Shown: positions 29,521-39,606, numbered from the stretch's first letter. The stretch is DNA of 64,000 nt from Minisyncoccota bacterium (GCA_035549255.1 DASZRD010000007.1:1104-65103), one strand, 5' to 3'. Made by a program: numbers and translations. The notes: generated from the sequence alone by a model not told the origin.

Positions 29521-31491
29521 ATGAAGAAAGAAAAACTCGTGGGGTTTGATTTGAAGTCTCTTGATACCTCGGTGCGGCCGCAGGATGACTTTTATCATTA
29601 CGCCAACGGCGGCTGGTTAAAAAAGAACAAGATACCGGCGGCGGAGAGCCGCTGGGGCAGCTTCATTGTCCTGCGCGTTGAGGCGGAGAAGAACCTTAAA
29701 AAGATCGTTGACTCTCTGTTGACTAAAAAGAAGCTTACAACCGGAAGCCCTGAACAACTTGTAGGCGATCTCTATCGTTCGGCGATTGATATGCAGACAC
29801 GCAATCGTCTTGGCGCTTCCCCGCTCGGTTCGCTTCGCAGCCGCATACAGGCGGTCGAGTCGCGCGACGATTTGTTGGTACTCATCGGCCACCTCGACCA
29901 GCTTGGGATCGGCGCGCCTTGGCATCCACTTATTGATCAAGACTCTAAAGACAGCTCGCGCTATGCGCTCCACTTCTACCAGGGTGGGCTCGGCCTCCCC
30001 GACCGTGATTATTATCTTAAGGACGAGCCGGAATTCCTGCGCGTACGAAATGCCTATCAAGGCTACATAACCAAGGTCTTCACGCTGTTGGGGTATAACG
30101 CGGCGCACGCGAAGGAGAAGATGGAGACTGTCATGCGCGTCGAGACACGCCTGGCGCAAGCTTCAATGGCCAAGGAGGACAGCCGCGACGCGGAGAAGAT
30201 TTATCACAAGAAGACGCTCCCGCAGCTTCAGAAAGAATTCCCGAGCGTTGAGTGGAAGAAGTATTTCGCCGCCGCGAGGCTCCCCCAGGTGCCATACGTG
30301 ATCGTAGCGCAGCCGAAGTTCCTTACCGCTGCCAGCGAGTTTATCGCGAGTGGCTCGCTTGACGATTGGAAGGTCTACCTCGAGTGGCACCTCGCGAGCG
30401 ACGCGGTCGGCATCCTCTCCGACAAATTCTACAAGGCAGCATTCCAATTCTCGCAAACGCTGACCGGCGTCAAAACGATGAAGCCGCTCTGGCGCCGCGC
30501 GCTCGCGGCGGTCAATGGCGGCCTCGGCGAGCCGCTCGGGCGCATGTATGTGGAGAAATATTTCGATAAGGAAAAGAAGCGCAAGATGGATCAGCTGGTG
30601 AGCAATCTCTTCACTGTCTACGAGAAGCGCATCAAGGAGCTCGATTGGATGAGCGATGCCACCAAGCGCAAGGCTATCAAGAAGCTGCGCATGATTAATC
30701 GTAAGATCGGCTATCCAAAAATTTGGAAATCGTATAAAGGCTTGATTATCAAGCCGAACGAATACTTCGAGAACATGATGCGGCTCACCGAGCACGAGTA
30801 TCGCCGCGAAGTGAAGAAACTGTCGCGCAGTTCGGTCGACCGCGAGGAGTGGTTCATGAGCCCGCAGACGGTCAATGCCTACTGCAACTTCAACCTCAAC
30901 GAGATCGTCTTCCCTGCCGCGATACTCCAGCCGCCATTCTTCAACTTCGCGGCGGACGATGCCTTCAACTACGGCGGCATCGGCGCGGTCATTGGCCATG
31001 AGATGACGCACGCCTTCGACGACCAGGGCGCCAAATTCGACGGCAAGGGCAACATGAAAACCTGGTGGTCGCCGAAAGATAAAAAATTATTCGAAGAGAA
31101 AGGCGAGATAGTGGTCGACCAATACAATCGCTTTACTGTAGCGGACAGCATTGCAGTCAACGGCCAGTTAACGCTCGGCGAAAATATCGCCGACCTGGGC
31201 GGGTTAGTTATCGGCTACGATGCCTATCAAAAGCATTTAAAAACGGCCGGCCGCAAAACTATAGCGGGGCTGACGCCCGAGCAACGCTTCTTCCTCGGCT
31301 TCGCGCAGGCGGAGCGCGAGCTCAACCGCCCTGAAGGATTGAAGACTCGCACGCTCGTCGACCCGCACTCGCCGCCAGAGTTCCGTATCAACGGGCCGCT
31401 CTCGCATTTCGACCCGTTCTATGAAGCTTTCGGCGTCACACCGACTGATAAGCTGTATCGTGCGCCTAAAGACCGAGCTAAGATCTGGTGA
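29521..31491 (+). CDS. M13 family metallo-endopeptidase (PepO/neprilysin-like)
   Basis: PQDDFYHYANG, VNAY, HEMTH, GENIAD, DPHSP; ATG at 29521 after TACAAT. Confidence 0.95.
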   Translation: MKKEKLVGFDLKSLDTSVRPQDDFYHYANGGWLKKNKIPAAESRWGSFIVLRVEAEKNLKKIVDSLLTKKKLTTGSPEQLVGDLYRSAIDMQTRNRLGASPLGSLRSRIQAVESRDDLLVLIGHLDQLGIGAPWHPLIDQDSKDSSRYALHFYQGGLGLPDRDYYLKDEPEFLRVRNAYQGYITKVFTLLGYNAAHAKEKMETVMRVETRLAQASMAKEDSRDAEKIYHKKTLPQLQKEFPSVEWKKYFAAARLPQVPYVIVAQPKFLTAASEFIASGSLDDWKVYLEWHLASDAVGILSDKFYKAAFQFSQTLTGVKTMKPLWRRALAAVNGGLGEPLGRMYVEKYFDKEKKRKMDQLVSNLFTVYEKRIKELDWMSDATKRKAIKKLRMINRKIGYPKIWKSYKGLIIKPNEYFENMMRLTEHEYRREVKKLSRSSVDREEWFMSPQTVNAYCNFNLNEIVFPAAILQPPFFNFAADDAFNYGGIGAVIGHEMTHAFDDQGAKFDGKGNMKTWWSPKDKKLFEEKGEIVVDQYNRFTVADSIAVNGQLTLGENIADLGGLVIGYDAYQKHLKTAGRKTIAGLTPEQRFFLGFAQAERELNRPEGLKTRTLVDPHSPPEFRINGPLSHFDPFYEAFGVTPTDKLYRAPKDRAKIW

Positions 31492-32160
31492 TTACAGCCA
31501 GTCGATCGGCTTCTCACCGTTCTCTTCGAGATATTCGTTTGCCTTTTTGAAGTGACCATTGCCGAAGAAGCCGTGATTGGCTGAGAAGGGGCTCGGGTGC
31601 GCGCTCTCGAGCACCAAATGCTTGCTGCGGTCGATAAAGGCGCCTTTCTGACGTGCATAGTTGCCCCAGAGCATGAAGACAATATGCTCACGCTCGGTCG
31701 AGAGCGCGCGAATCGCCGCGTCGGTGAATTGCTCCCAACCTTGCCCTTGGTGAGAATTTGAAATATGCGCGCGCACCGTGAGCGACGCATTGAGAAGGAG
31801 CACTCCCTGCTCGGCCCACCGCGTGAGGTTGCCGCTGGTATGCACCATCTTCTGGCCGAACTCGGCCTCGATCTCTTTATAAATATTCTGGAGGCTGGGC
31901 GGCAGCCGCGTGCCGTCGGGTACGGAGAACGAGAGTCCCATCGCCTCGCCCTTGTTGATGTAAGGGTCCTGGCCCAGGATCACGACTTTCACTTTATCGA
32001 ACGGCGTGAGGTCGAACGCGCGAAAGATAAACTTCGCGGGCGGGTAAATAGTCGTCGTCTTATACTCTTTCTTTACGAAGTCGGTGAGCGAAATAAAATA
32101 GAGCTGCTCGAATTGGTCCGCGAGATGCTTCTTCCAAGACTCGTCGATCTTTACGTCCAT
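31492..32160 (-). CDS. ung: uracil-DNA glycosylase family 1
   Basis: GQDPY, GLSFSV, QGVLLLN, HPSP; start MDVKIDESW. Confidence 0.95.
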   Translation of the reverse strand: MDVKIDESWKKHLADQFEQLYFISLTDFVKKEYKTTTIYPPAKFIFRAFDLTPFDKVKVVILGQDPYINKGEAMGLSFSVPDGTRLPPSLQNIYKEIEAEFGQKMVHTSGNLTRWAEQGVLLLNASLTVRAHISNSHQGQGWEQFTDAAIRALSTEREHIVFMLWGNYARQKGAFIDRSKHLVLESAHPSPFSANHGFFGNGHFKKANEYLEENGEKPIDWL

Positions 32161-32165
32161 GCGGA

Positions 32166-32474
32166 CTAGTATATCGCTCCTTCCTTTTTCAACAATGTGC
32201 GCTTTGCCTTCTCGCCACCGCGGTTGTAATTGCCTATTTTGCCATCGGTGCGGATCACGCGATGGCACGGGATCTTGGGATCATAATTTTTCGACATGTA
32301 GTAGCCGACCGCGCGCGAGGCTTTGGGGTTACCGGCTTTCTTGGCGACCATAGCGTAGGTCATGACAGAGCCCTTAGGAATTTTTGCGACGACCGCAAGC
32401 ACGCGCTTGCGAAATGCGGACATCTCGGCAGCTTTCTTTCCACTAGAAGAGGCTTTCTTGGACTTCGCTTTCAT
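32166..32474 (-). CDS. single-domain O6-alkylguanine DNA alkyltransferase (MGMT family)
   Basis: IPKGSVMTY, RAVG, active-site IPCHRV. Confidence 0.88.
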   Translation of the reverse strand: MKAKSKKASSSGKKAAEMSAFRKRVLAVVAKIPKGSVMTYAMVAKKAGNPKASRAVGYYMSKNYDPKIPCHRVIRTDGKIGNYNRGGEKAKRTLLKKEGAIY

Positions 32475-33276
32475 TTTTTTTCGCTAACTTTTTACCTACT
32501 AATGATTTCTCTTTCTTTGGTGCAGTTTTTATGAGCGTCTTCCCCGCCGCTTCGCGGTATCCGCAATAGTCGCAATTGGGGCTACGCTCCGGCGGCTCTT
32601 CCCTGAGGAGCGTTTCTTTGATTTCTGCGAGTATCGGCTCTATCCATGAATCGTCGCCCTTGCATGGGAGCGCAATCACGTCGAACTCGAGCTTGGCGTC
32701 GAAGGCTTTCGCGTCCTTCTTTCCATTTACATACACGAAGTAGCCGGTGTCGGAGACCTTGAAGCCGTTCTGGCGAAGCAGCCACTGATAGACCTCCATC
32801 TGCCGCTTATACTGCGCGCCCAGGTCGCCGTCGAGGGTCGGCGTGTCTTGCTTGGCGGTCGCCTTATAGTCGACCACGTGCAGCTCGCCCTTGTCGTTGA
32901 TCCAGATGTCGTCGACCGCGCCGAAGATAAGGAGGTTGGTCGGCTTGTGGACGAACCGCACGCCAGTGAAGTTGGCGCGCCATTCGTCCATCTTTTCGTG
33001 CGCAAAGGGCACCGCCTTGATGCCGTAGGCTTCCATCAGGGGATGCGGCGTCGAGCCCTCGCGGTGGATGTCGAATTCCTTCTTAAGCAGCGCGTCGACC
33101 GCAATGTTGAGGGTCAGCGGGAAGGAGTCGGGGCGCTTGACGCCGTAGCGCTCCTCGAGCCAGAAGCAGCGCTTGCACTTGGTGTAATTGTCGATGCGGG
33201 TGCGCGAGAGCTTGTAGGGCTCTTTACTCCCCGGCTTGAACCACAGCGACTCTTTGCGCACCGCATAGGCGAACAT
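32443..33276 (-). CDS. PD-(D/E)XK nuclease (RecB/AddB/Cas4-like)
   Basis: LSRTRI..CKRC, GAVDD, VVDYKAT, QMEVY, C-terminal CDYC. Confidence 0.85.
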   Translation of the reverse strand: MFAYAVRKESLWFKPGSKEPYKLSRTRIDNYTKCKRCFWLEERYGVKRPDSFPLTLNIAVDALLKKEFDIHREGSTPHPLMEAYGIKAVPFAHEKMDEWRANFTGVRFVHKPTNLLIFGAVDDIWINDKGELHVVDYKATAKQDTPTLDGDLGAQYKRQMEVYQWLLRQNGFKVSDTGYFVYVNGKKDAKAFDAKLEFDVIALPCKGDDSWIEPILAEIKETLLREEPPERSPNCDYCGYREAAGKTLIKTAPKKEKSLVGKKLAKKNESEVQESLF

Positions 33277-33320
33277 GCGCCTATTTTAGCGCGAGCGAGC
33301 TGATTTTCCTAATGAAGAAT

Positions 33321-33809
33321 CTATTCGCCCTTGCTGCCGTATTGTTGGCGGACGAAATTCTCGAATCGAAGTAGGATCGAGAAGATACCGAGCGCAAGAA
33401 TGGTCGAGACGAAGGCGAGAAGATAGAGGCCGAACCCGCACGCCATGCCGATGCCCGCCGCGACCCAGATACCGGTTGCGGTCGTAAGCTCGGCATGTGT
33501 GTCGCCGCCGCGCAGAGCCGAGAGGCCCGCGCCGATGAACCCGATGCCGATCACTATCGAGCCGGCTATCTGAAGCGGATTGACGCCCGAGAAGAACGAC
33601 AACTCAACGCTTGAGAGTGTCCCCAATATGACGAAGAGGCACGAGCCGAGCGATACCAGCGCGTAGGTGCGCATACCGGCATGTTTTCCCGCAATGCTTC
33701 GTTCAAGCCCCAGGAGCGCTCCCAGCGCGGCTGCTGCCGCAAGCGCCATGAGGTATTGGGATTCCTGGAGCGGCAGCGAACTTACGGTTGAGAGCGTATC
33801 AAGGTTCAT
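33321..33809 (-). CDS. MgtC/SapB family membrane protein
   Basis: GLER..AGMRTYALVSLG, GIGFIGAG, LTTATGIW; start MNLDTL. Confidence 0.9.
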   Translation of the reverse strand: MNLDTLSTVSSLPLQESQYLMALAAAAALGALLGLERSIAGKHAGMRTYALVSLGSCLFVILGTLSSVELSFFSGVNPLQIAGSIVIGIGFIGAGLSALRGGDTHAELTTATGIWVAAGIGMACGFGLYLLAFVSTILALGIFSILLRFENFVRQQYGSKGE

Positions 33810-33825
33810 GTGTGCGAGACGGCTT

Positions 33826-34560
33826 TTATTGCGCAGTGAAGCTGTACCAGACCGGCTTGCCGTCGGAGCCGACAAGCTGCTGGTCACCATGGAGCGAGAA
33901 TACGCGGTCTCCGCTGTCGACGCTCTCGCCAACGAAGTAAGTCTGACCCGCGGTTGTCGCGCGCAGCAGGCTTACCGTGCCACCATTGCCGTTGCTTTCC
34001 GGGAAGAAGAGCGTAGCGCCTAATGCGCGGCCCGGCGCGCCGTTCATGGAGTCATACACGACGATCCATGTCGGCTGCGGGACGTTTATCTTGGCGATCG
34101 CGACCGAGAGCCCTGCGGATTGAGGGGATACGACCGTGAGGCCGCCTGTTGAGGAGCCGGTAGTCGGCACGCCGGTCATGTCGGTGCCGCTGTCGGTCGA
34201 GCTTCCCATCATCTGGTCGGTGCTGGTGGCGGTACCCGACGTGCTGCCGTTGCCCCAGGTCAGCCATGCGCCGACAAGAAGCACCAGTACGACGACCGCT
34301 CCGACAATAAGCGCCAGCCGGCGCGAAGAGTCCGGAGTATCCGCCGTATTTTTTTTCATCGCGGCAGGAGCGGACACTGGTTTTGGCTGCGCGGGCTTCG
34401 CACTTGCGGGCATTGCACCCGGCACAGTTGAAACGGGCTTCGCCTGCGGTTGAGCGCCGCTCGAAGGGGGCATGGACCATGACAGGCCTCCCTGCTTGGG
34501 AGCGCCGCCGCCCGCATTGTTACTAGAAGAGCCCGGGGATGTAGGATTGGTATCTGCCAT
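33826..34560 (-). CDS. membrane-anchored hypothetical protein
   Basis: P/S/A-rich N-tail, one TM, T/S linker, small beta-rich C-domain. Confidence 0.7.
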   Translation of the reverse strand: MADTNPTSPGSSSNNAGGGAPKQGGLSWSMPPSSGAQPQAKPVSTVPGAMPASAKPAQPKPVSAPAAMKKNTADTPDSSRRLALIVGAVVVLVLLVGAWLTWGNGSTSGTATSTDQMMGSSTDSGTDMTGVPTTGSSTGGLTVVSPQSAGLSVAIAKINVPQPTWIVVYDSMNGAPGRALGATLFFPESNGNGGTVSLLRATTAGQTYFVGESVDSGDRVFSLHGDQQLVGSDGKPVWYSFTAQ

Positions 34561-34610
34561 ACAGTTGTATCAAAAGACTTTGCTAATAAGCGCCCATCCC
34601 AGTTGCTTAA

Positions 34611-35420
34611 TCATATACCCACTCCCGGCACGCACAATGCGCCGACCTCCTCAAGCACTTCATCGGCATGGCCGCCGCTGACGCCGCTGCGCATAAGCGC
34701 ATCAGTATTATCGGGCACGGCTTTGCAAAGAACGATTCTCTCGCTCAACAAAGCCGTTTTTTCGTTATGCGAAAGGGTGGTGAGCGCGGTTATGGGGTAG
34801 AGCCCCGCACGATCGATCCGCTCGTGGAGGGTGCGCCCCTGGGGATAATCCCAGGAGAGGAGCTCGAGCCCCGCGCAGGTCGAATACTCGATCGCCTTAT
34901 CGGTAAACTTGGTATTGGTAACTACGAGCCCCCTTCCCTTGCCGATGTCGTCGACGCGCGCCTTTACGTAAAGCACTGTTTTGAGGTCGGTCTTGAATCC
35001 CGCAGCGTTGTGGAACTTCGCTTCCGCATATACGATGTCGTTCCCCCTGCTGATCACGACGTCGACTTCGTGCTCGACGCACTTGCCTTTGATGATCTGA
35101 TCGACCCTTGTCTCGTATCCTTCTGCTTTGTAGAGTTCGGCGATGAAAGACTCGAACGGAAAGCCCGACGGCCCGAAGTCGAGCACCGCCCGCTTGAGGC
35201 TATAGCGCGCCGCGATCGCGTGGCGGTGCTCGCGCAGCCGCGCGAACGCGCGCGAGTAGATCTCCTGCGTCGTGATGCCGTCGTGGAGTTCCTTGGCGAT
35301 ATCGTCCGCCACGCCCTTGGCGATATCGGGCGCGGCGCCCGCGCGCCTGAGCGAATCGACCAGCTTGCGTTCGTCGAATGGCTCTTGGGTGCCGTCTGCT
35401 TTAGCGATGCGTATGGTCAT
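34611..35420 (-). CDS. ATP-cone + Mrr-like restriction endonuclease domain protein
   Basis: IAKADGTQEPFDERKLVDSL (ATP cone); GFPFE, EHEVDV...AEAK, VTNTKFT. Confidence 0.82.
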   Translation of the reverse strand: MTIRIAKADGTQEPFDERKLVDSLRRAGAAPDIAKGVADDIAKELHDGITTQEIYSRAFARLREHRHAIAARYSLKRAVLDFGPSGFPFESFIAELYKAEGYETRVDQIIKGKCVEHEVDVVISRGNDIVYAEAKFHNAAGFKTDLKTVLYVKARVDDIGKGRGLVVTNTKFTDKAIEYSTCAGLELLSWDYPQGRTLHERIDRAGLYPITALTTLSHNEKTALLSERIVLCKAVPDNTDALMRSGVSGGHADEVLEEVGALCVPGVGI

Positions 35421-36529
35421 GCCTCCAGTGTAGCACTCTTGATATTGCCGCCGCCGAGGCAGCGCTCGCCCTGATAGAGCACGAGGGACTGGCCGAGCGG
35501 CATGTAGTGCGGCTCGAGAAGCTCAACTTCCGCTCCGCGATCGGTCATTGAAATGATTCTCGCATCGATTAATTCTTGCCGATACCGATAGCGTGCCTTG
35601 CAGCTTCCTTGCGACACGCTCCCGATCCAATTCGCATCATGCAGGGCCACGCGCGTCGCCGCGGCATCGCGGGGAAATTTCGATTCCGAGACTGTGATCG
35701 TGTTACGTTCGATATCTTTGGCGATCACGTACAGCGGCTTCGCGTCGGAAACCGCGTGGAACAGCGAGAAACCGTGCCGCTGCCCGAGCGTATAGAGCGC
35801 GGCGCCGTCGTGGCGGCCGATTGCTTCGCCCGTCTCGCTCAACACATCGCCGGGCGCGACCGTCATTTCACGCTGCAGCATATCGCCGATCGATATATCG
35901 CCGAGGAAGCAGAGCCCTTGGCTGTCGTGTCGCGCGGCGTTCGGGAGCCCGAACTTCCCGGCAAGCATGCGGACCTCGGGCTTAGTCAGATTTCCAACAG
36001 GAAACATGACTTTCCGCAGATGCGTTTCAGGAACTGCCCACAGAAAATACGATTGGTCCTTGTTTTTATCGGCACTTACGAAGAGCTGCCCGTCACGGAT
36101 TTGCGCGTAGTGTCCGGTCGCGACATACTCCGCGCCGCGCGAGATGCAGAAGTCGTAGAAGACGCCGAACTTGATCTTCTCGTTGCAGAGCGTATCGGGA
36201 TTGGGGGTCAGGCCCCGTTTCCACTCCTCGATCGAAGGGCGGAATACGTGATACTCGTACTCGCGCGAGAGGTCGACTTCGATAAACGGGATATCAAGAT
36301 GCGCTGCCACGCGCATCGCCTCGATGCGGTCGCGCGCTGCGGGGCATGGATAACCTCGAATTTGGATTTTGATGAATACGCCTGTTACATCCCAGCCGCC
36401 GCGCTTTAGAAGCGCGGCGGCTGTAGCGGAATCGACCCCGCCGGAAAGGCCGACAAATATGCGATTATTGCGCCTCGAGCGTCGTTGAGGCTGTTGAAGA
36501 TGCGCTTGTCGTATCGGTTGAGGGAGCAT
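35417..36529 (-). CDS. mnmA: tRNA 2-thiouridine(34) synthase (start uncertain)
   Basis: SGGVDS, TPNPDTLCN, ATGHY, KDQSYFL, DSQGLCF. Confidence 0.93.
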   Translation of the reverse strand: MLPQPIRQAHLQQPQRRSRRNNRIFVGLSGGVDSATAAALLKRGGWDVTGVFIKIQIRGYPCPAARDRIEAMRVAAHLDIPFIEVDLSREYEYHVFRPSIEEWKRGLTPNPDTLCNEKIKFGVFYDFCISRGAEYVATGHYAQIRDGQLFVSADKNKDQSYFLWAVPETHLRKVMFPVGNLTKPEVRMLAGKFGLPNAARHDSQGLCFLGDISIGDMLQREMTVAPGDVLSETGEAIGRHDGAALYTLGQRHGFSLFHAVSDAKPLYVIAKDIERNTITVSESKFPRDAAATRVALHDANWIGSVSQGSCKARYRYRQELIDARIISMTDRGAEVELLEPHYMPLGQSLVLYQGERCLGGGNIKSATLEA

Positions 36530-37133
36530 TGTCGGTGGGAAGAATCTGAATAGTATTGTTTTGATCGGCCGGCGCCTGCTCTTCCTGCACCGCCGGCTGC
36601 GGAAGGCCGAGCCCCACCATACTCAGGATAGATCCAAAGTTCAAGAAGGCATACGCACCGCCTGCGAGAATGAGCAGTAGTATAACGAGAATGATGACCC
36701 ACTTTATCCATCCACCACGGCGCTTCACGCCAGGTACGGTCGTAATTTCTGACATGGCTGGCATAGATGCCGGTCGTTGACCCATCATAGGAGCACTCAT
36801 CGGACGATTCATCATCGGGTTCATGCCTTGACCTATCGGTGCCGCATTCATAGGCTGCATGGGTTGCGACATAGGTTGGCCCATAGGCTGGATTGGCTGC
36901 TGCATAGGCATGCCCATCGGAGGAGGCGTTACAGCGCGAGGAGCTGGAGCAACGGGGGCGGGCGCAGGCGGCGGAGGGGTCGGCGGCTTTTGCACGCCAT
37001 CAATCGCCATAAAGGCTTCGGTAACGTCGCCCGGCGTCCAGCCGCCGGCCGCGAGCGCTTGGGTAATCACCTCTTTGGAGAGGCCTGCGGCGCGCTGTGC
37101 GCGCACGTACTCGAGGAGTTGTGGATTGATCAT
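36465..37133 (-). CDS. hypothetical protein: small helical N-domain, Pro/Met/Gln-rich linker, one TM
   Basis: LLEYVRAQRAAGLSKEVITQALAAGGW followed by QPM repeats and a TM helix. Confidence 0.75.
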   Translation of the reverse strand: MINPQLLEYVRAQRAAGLSKEVITQALAAGGWTPGDVTEAFMAIDGVQKPPTPPPPAPAPVAPAPRAVTPPPMGMPMQQPIQPMGQPMSQPMQPMNAAPIGQGMNPMMNRPMSAPMMGQRPASMPAMSEITTVPGVKRRGGWIKWVIILVILLLILAGGAYAFLNFGSILSMVGLGLPQPAVQEEQAPADQNNTIQILPTDNAPSTDTTSASSTASTTLEAQ

Positions 37134-37182
37134 ACGACTGTATTATCGCACGCTTTTTTGGCCCGTCTATCCCCTATCCCCA

Positions 37183-38187
37183 CTAGTCGCCCAGGTACTT
37201 CACCTTCGCCGCAAGATGTTGGTCATACGTGGCGCTGTAATGGAACGTGCCGTTCTTGTCGGAGAGATAATACAAATAGCTCGTGCTGATCGGCGTCACT
37301 GCGGCGAGTATCGCGTCGAGGCCGGGGTTCGCAATAGGCCCAGGCGGCAGCCCTTTGTGCGTATAGGTATTGTAGGGCGAATCGACTTTGAGATCCTGCG
37401 CGGTGAGGTCGAGCGAGTTCTTACCGATGATATATGGGAAGACTGCGTCGACCTGGAGCGGCATGCCGAGCTTAATGCGCTTCCAGAGAATCCCCGCGAT
37501 GATGCGGCGGTCCTGCGTGTCGGGCGCCTCGCGCTCGAGCAGCGATGCCATGATGATGACATCGGAAAGCGGCTTCCCGAACGCGTCGATTTGTTTTTGG
37601 ATGCTCGCGATGTGGGTCGAGAAGTTGTTGGAGAATGCCCCAAGTATCTCCTGCGTCGTCTCTCCCGGCATAAAGAAGTACGTATCCGGAAAAAGGTAGC
37701 CCTCCTTCCCCGACGTCTCGCGCTCAAATTCGGACAGGTTGAAGCCGGGTATGGCTTTCGCGAGGCCATTGGCGATATCCTGTACCGTCGCGCCCTCGGC
37801 AACGCGCACGCGCGCGGGAGTTATCTCGAAATCGCCGCTCCCAAGCCGCAGGGCCACGCGCAGGACTGCGGCCTTGCCAGGGAAGAAGTATTCTCCCGCG
37901 ATGACGTGCCGCTCAGCGCCGAACACCCTGACCAATATCTCAAACGCGATCTCCGAGCGGATGATGCCGCGCCCCTTGAGCGTTGCCGCGGCCTGCGAAA
38001 GCGTGGTCCCCTGGGGGATATCGACGTATGCTCCCACCGGGAAGTTAAACGGCGCCCCAATGCAAGTAAAGTACGCAAAGAGCGCGGCGACGGTCACGCC
38101 CGCTGCCCAGCGCCAAGGCTGCCGCCTGACCGAGCGGCGCACGCGCGAAAAACTTCTTAATAGTATTCGTCGAAGAGATGAAAGCAT
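37183..38187 (-). CDS. mltG: endolytic transglycosylase MltG
   Basis: EGYLFPDTY, MASLLERE, LQVDA, SPYNTY..GLPPGPIANPG; TGATG coupling at 38187. Confidence 0.93.
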   Translation of the reverse strand: MLSSLRRILLRSFSRVRRSVRRQPWRWAAGVTVAALFAYFTCIGAPFNFPVGAYVDIPQGTTLSQAAATLKGRGIIRSEIAFEILVRVFGAERHVIAGEYFFPGKAAVLRVALRLGSGDFEITPARVRVAEGATVQDIANGLAKAIPGFNLSEFERETSGKEGYLFPDTYFFMPGETTQEILGAFSNNFSTHIASIQKQIDAFGKPLSDVIIMASLLEREAPDTQDRRIIAGILWKRIKLGMPLQVDAVFPYIIGKNSLDLTAQDLKVDSPYNTYTHKGLPPGPIANPGLDAILAAVTPISTSYLYYLSDKNGTFHYSATYDQHLAAKVKYLGD

Positions 38188-39560
38188 CAGCGGGTGAGCG
38201 TATCGGGCGTCACGGGAAGGTTGCCGGGCGCCTCCGCGCGCTTGGCGGCCACGCGCTCGAGCCCCGGCGGCTGCACTTTGGAATTCGGGAAGTGCCACAG
38301 GGTCGCCAGCTCCTCGGTCGACATGAATATCGGCACCTGGTCGTACGGCACGTAGAAGTACGCGCGCTCGCGGTAATAAAAGTACATCTGCTTCTTGATA
38401 AGATTCTTGCGGACATCGCCGTAATCCTGCCAGGGATACTCGAAGATAGAGAGCCCGCGCGCCGGCATGATCGAGTTCATGTCATTGGAGCGCACGGGGT
38501 TGAAGAGAAGCACGAGGGAGCCGATATTGACCGGGTTAAACTTCCCCTTCTTGGCGATATAGAGCGCGCGTATGCCGCATTCGAAGGTAAGCTTGCCCAT
38601 ATTCCGCTCGATCGCCTCGATCTCGTTGCGCTCGCCTATCGTGAGCGTCCCTCCGCGCGCGTTGTCTTCCTCGACAATCGAGGCCGTGCGCTTGGCGGCA
38701 TTGGCGAAGATGCCTTCTATCGCCTTCTTGCCGCCGTCCTTGTACGAATCATGTAGGTTATCATACAGGCCGTACCATTCGTCTTTCTTGCGGGCCTTGG
38801 CGATGATCTGCATCCAGAGATATTCCCCCGGCCCGATGTGCGAGAAGTGCTCGAGCATATTGGAAAGCGGATCGATCTGGATTTCAGGCGTATCTGGATT
38901 CTTGTCGAGCTGATAATCAAGGTAGGTCTTGATAGGGATCGCACCCGGACCGGTCTTCGTATATTCGGTACCCCACATATCGTAGTCGTCATTATTAAAC
39001 GGCACCTTCGACGTGTAGTCCTCTATTTCGGTTATCTTCGCTTCAGGGAATTGCCCGTAGAGACGCGCCTCGATCACGTTGCGCCACGCCTTCCGCAGAT
39101 GGAGGTAGTAGCTGACCCGCCCCTCGTTGCTTGCGATCTCCAGGCTCCATATGGCGCGGAAGGCGCCCTTCCATACGCGGGCGATAATCGTGCCTTCTCC
39201 GCCGGAGTTATTGAGCGCATTGAGGAACAGCTCCATCGCGAGCGGGGATTTCTCGACTTCGGGCGGAAGCTGCACTTCAAGTAGGATCATTTCTTGCGAG
39301 AATAAAAATTGGAAGCGCACATATTCGATCCAGCTCGTCCAGAAGAACGTCGCTAGGAAGATCGGCACCCACACGGGCGAGATCGCCACGACGCCGGTCG
39401 CAACGGCCTTGACCGCCGCCGGGTCGATCGTGACCGCGGCCATAAACAGGAGTATGAAGGCGACCGGCGCCAGGAAGACTGCCTCTATGTGCCAGCCGTT
39501 GAGGCCGTAGGGCTTCTTGGTACTGTTGGCGATATCTTCCGCCAATTGGTGCAGGGGCAT
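38187..39560 (-). CDS. conserved hypothetical membrane-anchored protein
   Basis: Two N-terminal TMs; LLEVQLP.EVEKSPLAME, WSLEIAS, EELATLWHFP resemble a recurrent CPR family. Confidence 0.75.
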   Translation of the reverse strand: MPLHQLAEDIANSTKKPYGLNGWHIEAVFLAPVAFILLFMAAVTIDPAAVKAVATGVVAISPVWVPIFLATFFWTSWIEYVRFQFLFSQEMILLEVQLPPEVEKSPLAMELFLNALNNSGGEGTIIARVWKGAFRAIWSLEIASNEGRVSYYLHLRKAWRNVIEARLYGQFPEAKITEIEDYTSKVPFNNDDYDMWGTEYTKTGPGAIPIKTYLDYQLDKNPDTPEIQIDPLSNMLEHFSHIGPGEYLWMQIIAKARKKDEWYGLYDNLHDSYKDGGKKAIEGIFANAAKRTASIVEEDNARGGTLTIGERNEIEAIERNMGKLTFECGIRALYIAKKGKFNPVNIGSLVLLFNPVRSNDMNSIMPARGLSIFEYPWQDYGDVRKNLIKKQMYFYYRERAYFYVPYDQVPIFMSTEELATLWHFPNSKVQPPGLERVAAKRAEAPGNLPVTPDTLTR

Positions 39561-39606
39561 GGCAGCTTCTATTGTAAAGCATGGTGTATAGTATACCTAC
39601 CGACCC

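Noticed and set aside
32443-33276. cas4 of a CRISPR-Cas system
   Set aside because: No cas1/cas2 or array nearby; the context is DNA repair.
36780-36990. Repetitive DNA as a possible CRISPR or tandem array (also 51700-52100)
   Set aside because: It reflects Pro/Gln/Met-rich low-complexity coding; there are no constant repeats with unique spacers. No CRISPR array was seen in the window.
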